From Candidatus Poribacteria bacterium (GTDB lineage Bacteria; Poribacteria; WGA-4E; WGA-3G), in NCBI GenBank assembly GCA_965214095.1, contig OZ243938.1, positions 1,248,001-1,312,000 on the forward strand: DNA of 64,000 nucleotides. The letters run 5' to 3'. How positions within the stretch are numbered: position 1 is the stretch's first letter; each line of letters begins with the position of its first letter. The notes under the pieces were generated by a model. That model was not told the origin of the DNA. It saw nothing but the letters and a program-made list of their open reading frames with translations, and made no database searches. This document shows positions 50,269 through 60,280 of the stretch, piece after piece. The position numbers and the translations under genes are program-made.

Positions 50269-51054
50269 TTAATCTAATGCTTTAATTCCAGGCCAATCTC
50301 TCCACATATCCTCATTCGGTGGTTCTTCTTGTGTTTCAGACAATTCGGTTTTTCTAAAATCGTATAGCACAGCTTGTCGTATCTGATGTGTATAGTTATG
50401 TCCTGCTGCATGTCCTATACGATGATGCCAGAAGACAATATCCCCTGCCTTACCGTGGCATTCAACACCTGGTTCCCTACTAAGACGTTCCCTGTCAACA
50501 TCGTATTGTGGACTCGGTTCGTTCTTATATTGAGACTTATAATCATAATAGAAGACTTTATGACTACCGGGCCATACAGTAAAGGCACCACCTTCAGGTA
50601 GAACATCATCAATATAACCAACAACACCGAGGTGGAAAGGATGTGCGTCAACATGACAACCGATAGACTTTTTCGGCACATCTCCATAAGGTAGGGTGCA
50701 ATAGATTCCACGAACTCGATTTGGTACGACTAAACTTCCGTCACCTAAAAACTGTTCTGCCATTCGCCAAACGTTAGGATCCGTAGCAAGTAGCTTTACC
50801 ATCCACTCCTCACCACCGGGTTCACGGAAATTCCAGCGGAATCCTTTTCGTCTGTTTGAATTATCTTCATTCTCTTCTTCTGGTTTGAAGGGACCGACCC
50901 ATGTATTGGGATCTTCGCGCAGTCTTCCATCAGGAGCACCTTCCCATAATCTTGTTCTGGCTCTTTCCATGAGTTCTGGGTTCAACACATTTCTCTTTAT
51001 CAGATAACCATTATCTCTAAAAAACGCAATGTCTTCATTTGTGAGTTCGACCAT
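50269..51054 (-). CDS. Phytanoyl-CoA dioxygenase family protein
   Basis: FFRDNGYLI, HVD, GGAFTVWPGSH, AGDIVFWHHRIGH; RBS AAGGAGG before MVEL. Confidence 0.9.
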   Translation of the reverse strand: MVELTNEDIAFFRDNGYLIKRNVLNPELMERARTRLWEGAPDGRLREDPNTWVGPFKPEEENEDNSNRRKGFRWNFREPGGEEWMVKLLATDPNVWRMAEQFLGDGSLVVPNRVRGIYCTLPYGDVPKKSIGCHVDAHPFHLGVVGYIDDVLPEGGAFTVWPGSHKVFYYDYKSQYKNEPSPQYDVDRERLSREPGVECHGKAGDIVFWHHRIGHAAGHNYTHQIRQAVLYDFRKTELSETQEEPPNEDMWRDWPGIKALD

Positions 51055-51184
51055 ATTTTCCTCCTTACCACAGAATTTTAACAATTAAAGTAAGAAAAAG
51101 CAAATATAATTACATTTTTGTTTAATTGTAGGAGAGAAATGGCATTGATGGTGTGCGTATATCAACTGTTGCTCAACCTCTTAC

Positions 51185-51321
51185 TATAGTGAAATCAAAA
51201 AATATATGCACATTTCCGGTAGATGCGGTTTCCCAACCGCATCTATGTAAGTGAACAAACACCGGTTCGGTTAGGAAACCGAACCTACCGTAGTGTGTAA
51301 ATAATTATGGTTTTTACTATA
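51185..51321. mobile_element. MITE-like element family A, copy 2 (137 bp, reverse orientation)
   Basis: TATAGTGAAA...TTTTTACTATA; REP doublet GTAGATGCGGTTTCCCAACCGCATC and GGTTCGGTTAGGAAACCGAACCTAC. Confidence 0.85.
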
Positions 51322-51334
51322 AGTCAACTAATTA

Positions 51335-52102
51335 TTATGCTGTTGCATTAAGTAGATCTTCATTTGAAGCACTAAAACCGTATTGTTGTTCTACTTCTCG
51401 GATTGCAATCTCTGTTGTGAATAGGTTGTCATACGTATCAGGAAACTCAACTCCCGTTGTGGCATCACGGAGCAGAATGATGTTATATCCATACCGAGAC
51501 ATTGAACGGATACCGTAGTCTCTCCCTAATACACACCAATTCGTAGCAAAACCGGCATAGAGAAGATGGAGTATTCCTCGTTCCTCCATCAATTCATGCA
51601 GTTGTTGACCAGTTGCAATGACGAATTCATCCTCTTTTACATCAATTGCAGGAGACATAGAGAGTTGTGATGCAAGTTTGTCCCAATGTATGCCAATCCC
51701 AGGTGGTTGACTACGTGGACCACGATATATATTATAGTTGCCAGAACGACTTCTGAACTCAGCAGGTGGCCATGTATTCGGTGTGGAAGGTTGCGGCGGA
51801 TTGTGTCGTTCAAGTTGTGAATATTGTTCAGCAACTGACGGTGATGGGGCATGAACGATTGTCATTCCAAGCTTGCGTGCAGCATCAATAACTGGGACAA
51901 CACAATCTACAGTAACTTGTTTGGCACGTTCAATCCAACTTTCAATGAAATGCACATTCCACAAATCAACTAAGACCAAAGCAGTCTCGTCGAGTGGTAA
52001 TGGCATTTCAAATTCACGTCGGACGAATTCGGTTTCACGACAGGGTACATCTGCTGGTGTACTATCTTGAAAATAACGGACGCGTAGGTCTAAAGTTTTC
52101 AT
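51335..52102 (-). CDS. Isochorismatase/cysteine hydrolase family protein
   Basis: TALVLVDLW, IVHAPS, GFATNWCV, LLRDAT. Confidence 0.85.
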   Translation of the reverse strand: MKTLDLRVRYFQDSTPADVPCRETEFVRREFEMPLPLDETALVLVDLWNVHFIESWIERAKQVTVDCVVPVIDAARKLGMTIVHAPSPSVAEQYSQLERHNPPQPSTPNTWPPAEFRSRSGNYNIYRGPRSQPPGIGIHWDKLASQLSMSPAIDVKEDEFVIATGQQLHELMEERGILHLLYAGFATNWCVLGRDYGIRSMSRYGYNIILLRDATTGVEFPDTYDNLFTTEIAIREVEQQYGFSASNEDLLNATA

Positions 52103-54252
52103 TCTGATATCTCAAATAGTGTCTCATCAATCTCTGTGTTTATCTTAACACTTGTGGTACGACTATTAATGTATGGATTTCCACCTATATTCTGTAAAAA
52201 ACCAAAAGCGATTTTAATTCCATTTACATCACGAAAATCAGAATAGATGTTCTCTTTGTTCAGCGTTACGCCTTGTTCTGTTTCGCGATAGACAAGTTTA
52301 ACTATATAATTTGTTTCTTCACTGATATATATCTTTAACATTTCACCTGAAGGTTGTTCAGTGACCAGAATGGAAGCGGGTGTGCCATTGACTTCTTCAG
52401 AACCTGCAAATTGTATCTGCGCGGATTCGTTCTGAGAAAGATGTTCAAGGAGTTGTATCGGGTCTCTAAATAACGCATCCTTTAAAGAAGTTGATATTTC
52501 AGGTGGCAGCCGTTCTGTTTCCATCATTGAAGAGACATAAGCAGCTTCACCATCATAAATAAGACTAAATTCTCCCTGAGGTGTTTTGACATCTTGACGG
52601 TATTTGTCAGGATAAAGGACATACATACCAATTTGCAAGACTGTTGGTCCTGCGGGTGTCATCATTGTGTTATCTGCTTTTAAAACAAAGTTATCTACTG
52701 CCTTCAACAGATCAATTCCTCCATGCGCCTCAACGGTTGCTGCAAGAATCTCACGTGCCTTAGCAATATCATCATCACTTGCATCGGGAATTGGTTCTGC
52801 AGGAGTAGGTTCAGGTTGTTTAATTTCAATAACATTTACTTCACCAAATTCACTCAGTGGTCTATCAAAGTTATCTTGATTTCCCACAGCAACAATTGTT
52901 AGTGCGTCTGGATGTAAATATTTCTGTGCGACTGTCTGCACGTCTTCCACAGTTACATTGGCGATTTTGTCCGTATAAGTTTCAAGGTAATCTGGAGCGA
53001 ATCCACGGAAATCTAACATCATTTGCTGGAATGCAATTTGAGAACTACTTTCAAAACTAAACACAAAAGAATTGATGAGTGAGTCCTTGGTGCGTTGTAA
53101 TTCATCTGATGGTACTGTGTTTTCTCGTAAATCACTGACAACTTTGATGATGAGTTCAATAGCTTCGGCAGTTTTCTCTGTTCGTGTTTGTGTGTAAGCA
53201 AACCATTCACCAGGATTCGTGTAGAAACTCATTGACATCAAACTACCGACCATATAAGCAAGCCCATGTTTTTCTCGTACCTCTGACATCAGACGGGAAG
53301 TGAATCCACCTTCACCCAGAATCTCATTCATCACACGGAGTGCGAAGAAATCAGGAAAATCTGGAGTGCGTTTGATACCGAAGTGTCCAATCAACATTGT
53401 TGTCTGCGGTAGTTCTTTGTGAATATAGTTAACTGAAGGAATTGGAGCATCTTCTACTTCAGCAACATTTGGCAATTCTACATCTGACATTTCCCATCCC
53501 TCAAATGCTTTTTCAAGCTGTGTGATTAATGTTTCAGTGTCAAAATCACCAGTTATTGCAAGCATGATATTGTTAGGATGGTAATAATTTTTATGGAAGG
53601 TCTTGAGATCATCTACTGTAATGCTATCAACAGTTTCTATTTCAGAATACCAACCGAATGGATGATCTTTCCCGTATAGAATAGTGGAGAAATTACGCCA
53701 GGCTAATTGTATCGGATTGTCATTCCTTCTCCGTATAGCTTCAATCGCTTGCTGTTTTCTGAGTTCTAATTTTTCTTCTCTAAATGCTGGATTTCGTAGG
53801 ACATCTGCAAAGATTTCCAATCCTTTTTCAATATCCTCTGCCATTGTAGAGAGACTAACTGATCCGTATTCAGGCGACATGCCAATCTCAACCGAAGCTG
53901 CCATTGATTCCAGTTCTTCGTTTAAAGCGTCCGGTTCGCGTGTAATAGTTCCACCGGTACGCATGACACTTGCAAAAACAGATGCTAATCCAATTTTGTC
54001 TGCTGGATCGTAAATGGTTCCTGTTTTGACAAGTCCACTAATGTCAAACACTGGTAATTCATGGTCTTCAAGTAGATATAACACCATTCCATTTGAAAGC
54101 ACATGTTTTTCTGGCACTGGCGGTTTGAAATTAATAGGTTCAAATTCAAGTTCTTCATGTGGTTTCGCATGAGTGGGTAGTGTCCCCCATGCGACCAAAC
54201 AAGTAAATAGTGTGACTATAACAAGTATTTTAGTAAGTTGTTTTTTTCTCAT
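52099..54252 (-). CDS. M16 peptidase family, non-catalytic subunit, with extra C-terminal LolA-like domain
   Basis: Signal peptide; LSNGM..EDHELP, no HxxEH, GGFTSRL..VREKHGLAY; tail domain AREIL..EAHGG. Confidence 0.85.
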   Translation of the reverse strand: MRKKQLTKILVIVTLFTCLVAWGTLPTHAKPHEELEFEPINFKPPVPEKHVLSNGMVLYLLEDHELPVFDISGLVKTGTIYDPADKIGLASVFASVMRTGGTITREPDALNEELESMAASVEIGMSPEYGSVSLSTMAEDIEKGLEIFADVLRNPAFREEKLELRKQQAIEAIRRRNDNPIQLAWRNFSTILYGKDHPFGWYSEIETVDSITVDDLKTFHKNYYHPNNIMLAITGDFDTETLITQLEKAFEGWEMSDVELPNVAEVEDAPIPSVNYIHKELPQTTMLIGHFGIKRTPDFPDFFALRVMNEILGEGGFTSRLMSEVREKHGLAYMVGSLMSMSFYTNPGEWFAYTQTRTEKTAEAIELIIKVVSDLRENTVPSDELQRTKDSLINSFVFSFESSSQIAFQQMMLDFRGFAPDYLETYTDKIANVTVEDVQTVAQKYLHPDALTIVAVGNQDNFDRPLSEFGEVNVIEIKQPEPTPAEPIPDASDDDIAKAREILAATVEAHGGIDLLKAVDNFVLKADNTMMTPAGPTVLQIGMYVLYPDKYRQDVKTPQGEFSLIYDGEAAYVSSMMETERLPPEISTSLKDALFRDPIQLLEHLSQNESAQIQFAGSEEVNGTPASILVTEQPSGEMLKIYISEETNYIVKLVYRETEQGVTLNKENIYSDFRDVNGIKIAFGFLQNIGGNPYINSRTTSVKINTEIDETLFEISE

Positions 54253-55769
54253 TCACTTTCCTCCATGTCAACCATATCCTCTTGTGGCTCTGTTTCCTTC
54301 TTAACAAGCGTTGCAACGGTGCGATTACTCTTTTTGAAATAGGTTTTTGCAACTCTCATGATGTCATCAGGTGTAATTTCATACATCTTCTTTCGCCAAT
54401 CAAGTATATATCTCCAGTCACCAGCAATCCCTTCGTAAAAGGCAAGTTGATTTGCCATACCTGCATTTGAACTCAGTGCACGGATAAAACTTGCATCAAT
54501 TTGTTTGAGGATACGTTTGAATTCCTTTTCTTCAACGGGTTCTGTTTTGAGTTTCTCTAATTCAGTGTAAATTGCTTCTTCTACTTCCACAGTTGTGTTC
54601 GGTGAACGAGGTGCAGCACTGATAACAAAGAGATTGTCGTAACGAGCACCAGGGTATCCATTGATTGAATTAACAGAAACAGCAATACTTTCTTCAACGA
54701 TATTTTTGTAAAAACGGGATGTTCGACCATCTGATAGGATCGCGCTTATCATATCAAGCACATAATCATCAAAATGTGGAATTGTTGGTTTATGGAAGCC
54801 AATCATCATCTGCGGTTCAGCGTCAAATTCAACTTCAACCCTACGTTCACCTTCTTGTGCGGGTTCTCGTACAGTAACCTCATCAGGCAGTGGTTGCGAT
54901 GGAATATCACCAAAATATTTGTCAATCAATTTGATTGTATTTTCTATGTTAATATCTCCAACGATGACCATAACGGAGTTGTTTGGTGCATAATGTATTT
55001 TGAAAAATTCTTCTGCTTTATTACGATTGAGCATTGCAATGTCGGAGGGCCATCCAATGATCGGCATGCCGTAAGGATGTGCTGTGAAAGACGCAGCAAT
55101 AAACTGCTCATATAATTTTCCACCCGGACGCGTATCTACTGCCATTCGTCGTTCTTCTTTGACTGCTTCTCGTTCAACATAAAATTCGCGTAGTACAGCA
55201 TTCTTAAGTCTATCTGACTCGAGCATCGCCCATAATTCTAACTTGTTTGAAGGAAGTTCGACCGTATAAATAGTGTAGTCAACTGAGGTACCAGCATTGA
55301 ATCCTGTGCTTCCGTGTTGTGTATAGATTTTTGTGTACTCGCCAGAGACAATCCATTCTTTTGCGGCTTCCTGTTTTGCCACAAGTGCTTCCTCTAATTC
55401 TGTGATTTTTGCATCATCTGCTTTTGCACCTTTTGCCCGTTCTTTATCAAGTGCATCACCTATTTCGTCTATTTCTGTAAGTACCTTTTTTTCTTTTTCA
55501 TAATCTGTGGTACCGATAGTCTTTGTGCCTTTGAACAGCATATGCTCAAGCATGTGTGCTATACCGCGTGCATCGTCAGACTCATCAACCGCTCCTGCTT
55601 TAAACAGTATATATGGTGCAACGGTCGGAGAAGTATGACGTTCAATCATCAACAACTTTAGTCCATTGTCAAACTGATGTTCTACAACCCGGTCTGCAAG
55701 ATTTTGCGCTGAAACCATTCCGCAAACAAAAAATAGTAATAGAATCAGCATTGATCTTATCTGTTTCAT
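54249..55769 (-). CDS. M16 peptidase family, catalytic subunit
   Basis: Signal peptide; GIAHMLEHMLFKGT (HxxEH), FNAGTS.D.T.Y, HPY..PIIG. Confidence 0.93.
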   Translation of the reverse strand: MKQIRSMLILLLFFVCGMVSAQNLADRVVEHQFDNGLKLLMIERHTSPTVAPYILFKAGAVDESDDARGIAHMLEHMLFKGTKTIGTTDYEKEKKVLTEIDEIGDALDKERAKGAKADDAKITELEEALVAKQEAAKEWIVSGEYTKIYTQHGSTGFNAGTSVDYTIYTVELPSNKLELWAMLESDRLKNAVLREFYVEREAVKEERRMAVDTRPGGKLYEQFIAASFTAHPYGMPIIGWPSDIAMLNRNKAEEFFKIHYAPNNSVMVIVGDINIENTIKLIDKYFGDIPSQPLPDEVTVREPAQEGERRVEVEFDAEPQMMIGFHKPTIPHFDDYVLDMISAILSDGRTSRFYKNIVEESIAVSVNSINGYPGARYDNLFVISAAPRSPNTTVEVEEAIYTELEKLKTEPVEEKEFKRILKQIDASFIRALSSNAGMANQLAFYEGIAGDWRYILDWRKKMYEITPDDIMRVAKTYFKKSNRTVATLVKKETEPQEDMVDMEESE

Positions 55770-55851
55770 TTAATCTTTACGGCAACTTTAATCAGTCTAA
55801 ATGACAATCTGTGCCGTTCCTTTCTGTAATATAAAATAAATGTTGTTATAC

Positions 55852-55885
55852 AAAAAGAAGTCCCGATATTAAACCGGAACTTCTT
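55852..55885 (-). terminator. Intrinsic terminator of the rubredoxin-like gene
   Basis: Minus strand AAGAAGTTCCG-GTTTAATAT-CGGGACTTCTT-TTT just after the stop. Confidence 0.6.
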
Positions 55886-55889
55886 ACGT

Positions 55890-56147
55890 CTACTCTTTCT
55901 TAAGGTCTTCCAATAAACCAACACAAGCAAATCTTATGTGAGAAGAGAGAGCAGAGTTCTCTGCACGTAAATCTGCACCTTCTTCATCAGGATACATAAC
56001 ATGTGCCGCGACTGCGCGTTTTACCCAACGTTCTGCTCGGTCATCATAGGGAATGTATTTCTCTTTCGGAGCAGTGCATGCGGGACACTCATCTGGGGGT
56101 TCATCTGCCTCTTTCCATAAATAACCACAAGCGATACATACAAACAT
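55890..56147 (-). CDS. Rubredoxin-like domain protein with C-terminal extension
   Basis: FVCIACGY..PPDECPACTAPKEKY; RBS AAAGGA. Confidence 0.8.
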   Translation of the reverse strand: MFVCIACGYLWKEADEPPDECPACTAPKEKYIPYDDRAERWVKRAVAAHVMYPDEEGADLRAENSALSSHIRFACVGLLEDLKKE

Positions 56148-56287
56148 TGTAATTTCCTTTCTTAATTTGTATTTAATTTCGTGTCAACAATACCTAAAAA
56201 ATATAAACATTACTGATGCTATTTTATCAAAATTCATATTGAAAAGCAATGAATAAAATCCAGTAGAAATTTCCGTACAAAACTGAT

Positions 56288-59200
56288 TTATTTGTCTTGA
56301 ATATCGTATATGTTCAAATCCTTGAAAGGTTTCCCATCTGTATCCGTAATTCTCAGATAAAATCCACTCGTCTTTTCCTCATTACATACTTTGACGAGAA
56401 TTGAATTTTTACCTGCTTTGAGCGTAACAGGAATTATTTCTCTGTCAAGACTGATGGTTTTATCTTCAGTATTTGCATATATTTCTTTACCATTCAACCA
56501 CATTTTGCCTTGGTCATCACTATCGAAACGGAATTGTACTTGCCGTTCATCAGGTGAGGTGATTGTTGTCCATGCATAGGAAACACACCAATTTCCTCTT
56601 GGACTGAAATCAATATAACCGTCAAAAGCATCGTCATTGAATTTCAACCACTTAATTTGTTCATTTACACCTTCAAAGTTTGCTATCCTATCTAACTGTG
56701 TAGAATCCTCAGAGAAATATTCTGTGTTGTATCCTATTCCTGCTGTGTTATCAAAAGGTCCGAGAGTTATCCAGACATTTTCAGCAACAATACCAGTTTG
56801 CTGCATCATTTTCATTGCTTTGTCCTGCATGTTGTTCTGACTATAGTATTTTGCTAATCCGAGTTTTACAAGTATTCGGTTAATTTCTATACGATGACTT
56901 GTGTATTCAGATGGAATGGAATCTGCCAACGAATCCAACATTTCATAGTACCGACCTTTGTCTTTTACTTTTTTTCCATAGTCAGTAATTCTTTCCCAGA
57001 AACGACCAAATGAAGATTCATCAGAAATGATACTGATAGCATCTTTGTAGAATCTTAATGCGTCATCATACTGTCCATTTGCAATAAATGCAAGTCCAAC
57101 AGTTGCTGGATAAGAATAATTAGGATATGTATTCATATGGTATGCGCGTTTGGCTATTCTTAGGGCTGTTTCAGGAAAAAGGCTTTTATCAAGGAGTTTT
57201 AATACAAAGTTATAGTATTGATACTCACTATTTTGCCGATTCAATTCCTTCAGTCGAATTGACAACCATTTTGCGTAAGCATTATCAGATTTTACATTTT
57301 CCCCAACTTTTTTGTAGTTTGCACCTAAGAGTTCATACAACACCGCACTGTTTTCCATTCTCGGTTCAATTCCTTCAAGTATAGGAATGATTTTGTCATC
57401 CATATCATTCTCAGAATATAGTTTGGAAATAGATCGAATAGCTGACTCGTAATCGTTCTGTCTAAATTCCATGCCTAAGACTTGTTGATATGTTTCTTCT
57501 GCATTTGCTGTTTGTCCTGCCAAGACATAAGTTTGTGCTAATTTATCGTAAAGTTGATAAGATGTTGGTTCAAGTCCGATTGCTATTTGGTAAGTTGCAA
57601 TTGATTTTACATATTGATCAGAACTTGATCTGTCAAAGATTGGACGTGAGTAGGATGCAATTTTAGCATTCCCGATGAGCTTACCATCGTTTTTATTTGG
57701 CGAGGAATCAATGATACTACCATTCTCTTCTTCGTCAAATGTCCAGTATCCGACTAAACCGGGATCATCTCCGTTCAACTGTCTATTCATATCTGCCCGA
57801 ATTTCTTCTTCAGACCGAGGTTTGTTCCACACACGTACTTCATCAATCTGACCGATAAAAGATGTATTTTGCACTTGGTCTGGGATATGTGTAACTCCTA
57901 TACGGAGCGGGAGACGACAACTAACGAAACTATTTTGCCCATTGTAATGTCTTTGGCCAACAATATTACCGTCAATGAATAACTTCATATAATCTTTCTT
58001 TGAATCAATGACACCTGCGATATGAGTCCACCTGTTGAGTTTAATGAGGCCAGGCTCAGAATAAAGTGATGCATATCCCCCATCTTTAGGTGATGAAGTT
58101 ATTTTAAGTTTACCATCCGCTCTAATAGCAAGTATGTAACTCCGTTGCCTAATATTCTGTTTCTTTTCATCGCTTCTGAAAATGATACGCACATAATAGT
58201 TTGGAAAGCTGGTTGGCTTAATCCATGCAGACACCGTTACTTGATCCGTTATTTTATCTAAAGACTCACTGTCATTCATTTCTACATAACTGCCATTGCC
58301 ACTGAGTGTCAGTGCTGTTCCTTCATGTATTTCACCTGTTTCATGCCTTTTTGGCAACATTGTCTGATAATAATGACCGAGTTTTTTATACCACTCAGGA
58401 TTTTCAGATTCAAGTTCAACAAGTCTTTCATACTGGGTTACTGCTTCTTCGATATTGCCATTAGCTACATAACTTTCAGCAAGTTCTAAGATGTATTCTA
58501 TATTGTTTGGATTTTCCGTTACTTTCTTAATCTGTTCTGGTATCCATTTTTCATAAAGTTTCCCTTCCTTTGCTATTTTTTTCATTTCAGGTTCTGCTGT
58601 TCTTTTTATGTAATTGCGTTCATCAAATTTTATGGCGTTTTGATATGTTTTGTACGCTTCTTCATACTGTTTTGCCCCATGATAACTCTTCGCAAGGATA
58701 TTATAGTAATAATTCAAACCCCATTTGTTATCTCTTTTTTCTTCTTCAGTGATTGCATCATTTGCAAGTTTAATCGCTGCGTCGTACATTTTGTTTTTTT
58801 GACAGATTGTAGCCATTGCTCCGAGAAATGATGTATCACGTTTATGTTTGCTGGATGCAAGTGCTGTGTATGCTTGGTTCAATATCTCCATTGCCTTATC
58901 AGATTGATTGATTTTCTGATAAGCAACAGCAGCGAGATATAAACTACGGACATTTTGGGGTTCTGCTTCATTGAGCAGTTGATATGTTTCAGCAGATTTT
59001 TGGTGTTCCTCTGCATTCCAATAAATCTCTGCGAGCATTTCAATTACAATAGGATTTGCAGTATCCTTCTCGTATTTACCCTTGAATATGGATTTTATTT
59101 CATCAAGTTTCCCTTGATTCTTATAAGCATTTATCAGTGATTTACGAATTTCATCTCCACCAAAAGTAGTTGTAATACCACCAGAACCGTATGTTGAACT

Positions 59201-60148
59201 TGTTGTTGTGTTTCTTGGAAACTTCTTTGATTCAGAATCATAGAATGTTATTGCTAAATCTGTTCTTCCTTGTTTTATGTATGCTTTGATCAATGATTCA
59301 GCAACTCTATTTCTTGCGTATTGATCTCGTGTCATATCAAGTGCTTTACCATAAGCTTCAGCAGCTTTTTCAAATTCACCGTTACTAAGGTGGATATGTC
59401 CAAGTTCTTTTTGCAATTCTATTGAATTGTTGTCTTCATCATCTGCTTTCAGTAGTTTCTGTGCCAAATTACCTTGAGAACGGTATAGGTTTATCAATCG
59501 TTTTTCAATACTCTGTCGATCCCAATCTGATGATGCGACTAAAATAGCATTTTTCAATGCATTTTCCGATCCTTCAACATTATCCATAACATAATATAGT
59601 TCTGCAAATTTAAGATGTATATCTTTGTCACCATATCCTAATTCAGTTGCTTTTTCATAGTTTTTGATAGCTTCGTCCTCGTTCTCAATGTCAACATATA
59701 GTGTTGCAAGGCGTGCGTAATGGATACCAACATCAGGCTGCATTTGGATGTATGCCTCTATGATTTCTATTGCTTCATCATCTCTGCCATCTGCTTTTAG
59801 ACTATTTATCAAGGATTCTTGATACTTGGTGTTATCTGGGTCAATTTCAATCAGTCTCTCCCAGATTTGTGCAGCTTTTTCGTGATTTTTTGTTCGTGTA
59901 TAGAGTGTTGCGAGTTTCGTGTGCGATTCAAGATTTTTAGGATCTGCCTTTATAATTCGTTCATATAATTCTATCGCATCGTCAATTTTGTTTTGCTTCT
60001 CAAAATCTTCTGCCATTTTGATAAATTCTTGAAAAACTGCTTGTTTTCCTTCGATGTTATTTTCGTCTGCAGCAAGTTTAACCAAAAAGCAAGACGCAGC
60101 AATTATCACAAGTACAACTACGAAGTAAGATGTTTTCAGACCTGTCAT
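56288..60148 (-). CDS. Secreted TPR-repeat protein with LamG domain and C-terminal beta-sandwich domain
   Basis: Many TPRs; TVSAWIKP..WTHIAG..FIGQIDEVRVW..GLVGYWTFDE; WITLGPFDN..SDDQGKMWLNG..GKNSILVK. Confidence 0.85.
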   Translation of the reverse strand: MTGLKTSYFVVVLVIIAASCFLVKLAADENNIEGKQAVFQEFIKMAEDFEKQNKIDDAIELYERIIKADPKNLESHTKLATLYTRTKNHEKAAQIWERLIEIDPDNTKYQESLINSLKADGRDDEAIEIIEAYIQMQPDVGIHYARLATLYVDIENEDEAIKNYEKATELGYGDKDIHLKFAELYYVMDNVEGSENALKNAILVASSDWDRQSIEKRLINLYRSQGNLAQKLLKADDEDNNSIELQKELGHIHLSNGEFEKAAEAYGKALDMTRDQYARNRVAESLIKAYIKQGRTDLAITFYDSESKKFPRNTTTSSTYGSGGITTTFGGDEIRKSLINAYKNQGKLDEIKSIFKGKYEKDTANPIVIEMLAEIYWNAEEHQKSAETYQLLNEAEPQNVRSLYLAAVAYQKINQSDKAMEILNQAYTALASSKHKRDTSFLGAMATICQKNKMYDAAIKLANDAITEEEKRDNKWGLNYYYNILAKSYHGAKQYEEAYKTYQNAIKFDERNYIKRTAEPEMKKIAKEGKLYEKWIPEQIKKVTENPNNIEYILELAESYVANGNIEEAVTQYERLVELESENPEWYKKLGHYYQTMLPKRHETGEIHEGTALTLSGNGSYVEMNDSESLDKITDQVTVSAWIKPTSFPNYYVRIIFRSDEKKQNIRQRSYILAIRADGKLKITSSPKDGGYASLYSEPGLIKLNRWTHIAGVIDSKKDYMKLFIDGNIVGQRHYNGQNSFVSCRLPLRIGVTHIPDQVQNTSFIGQIDEVRVWNKPRSEEEIRADMNRQLNGDDPGLVGYWTFDEEENGSIIDSSPNKNDGKLIGNAKIASYSRPIFDRSSSDQYVKSIATYQIAIGLEPTSYQLYDKLAQTYVLAGQTANAEETYQQVLGMEFRQNDYESAIRSISKLYSENDMDDKIIPILEGIEPRMENSAVLYELLGANYKKVGENVKSDNAYAKWLSIRLKELNRQNSEYQYYNFVLKLLDKSLFPETALRIAKRAYHMNTYPNYSYPATVGLAFIANGQYDDALRFYKDAISIISDESSFGRFWERITDYGKKVKDKGRYYEMLDSLADSIPSEYTSHRIEINRILVKLGLAKYYSQNNMQDKAMKMMQQTGIVAENVWITLGPFDNTAGIGYNTEYFSEDSTQLDRIANFEGVNEQIKWLKFNDDAFDGYIDFSPRGNWCVSYAWTTITSPDERQVQFRFDSDDQGKMWLNGKEIYANTEDKTISLDREIIPVTLKAGKNSILVKVCNEEKTSGFYLRITDTDGKPFKDLNIYDIQDK

Positions 60149-60280
60149 TGAAATAATCTCCTTATTTGGATTCTTTATCTAAAATCTAGGCTACAAGTGT
60201 TAAGATATTATCGGATGTGTAGAGTTCTTGGACCTATATCTTAATTATGGTGTCTTGTTTTTTGTCGTAGATGTCACCAT

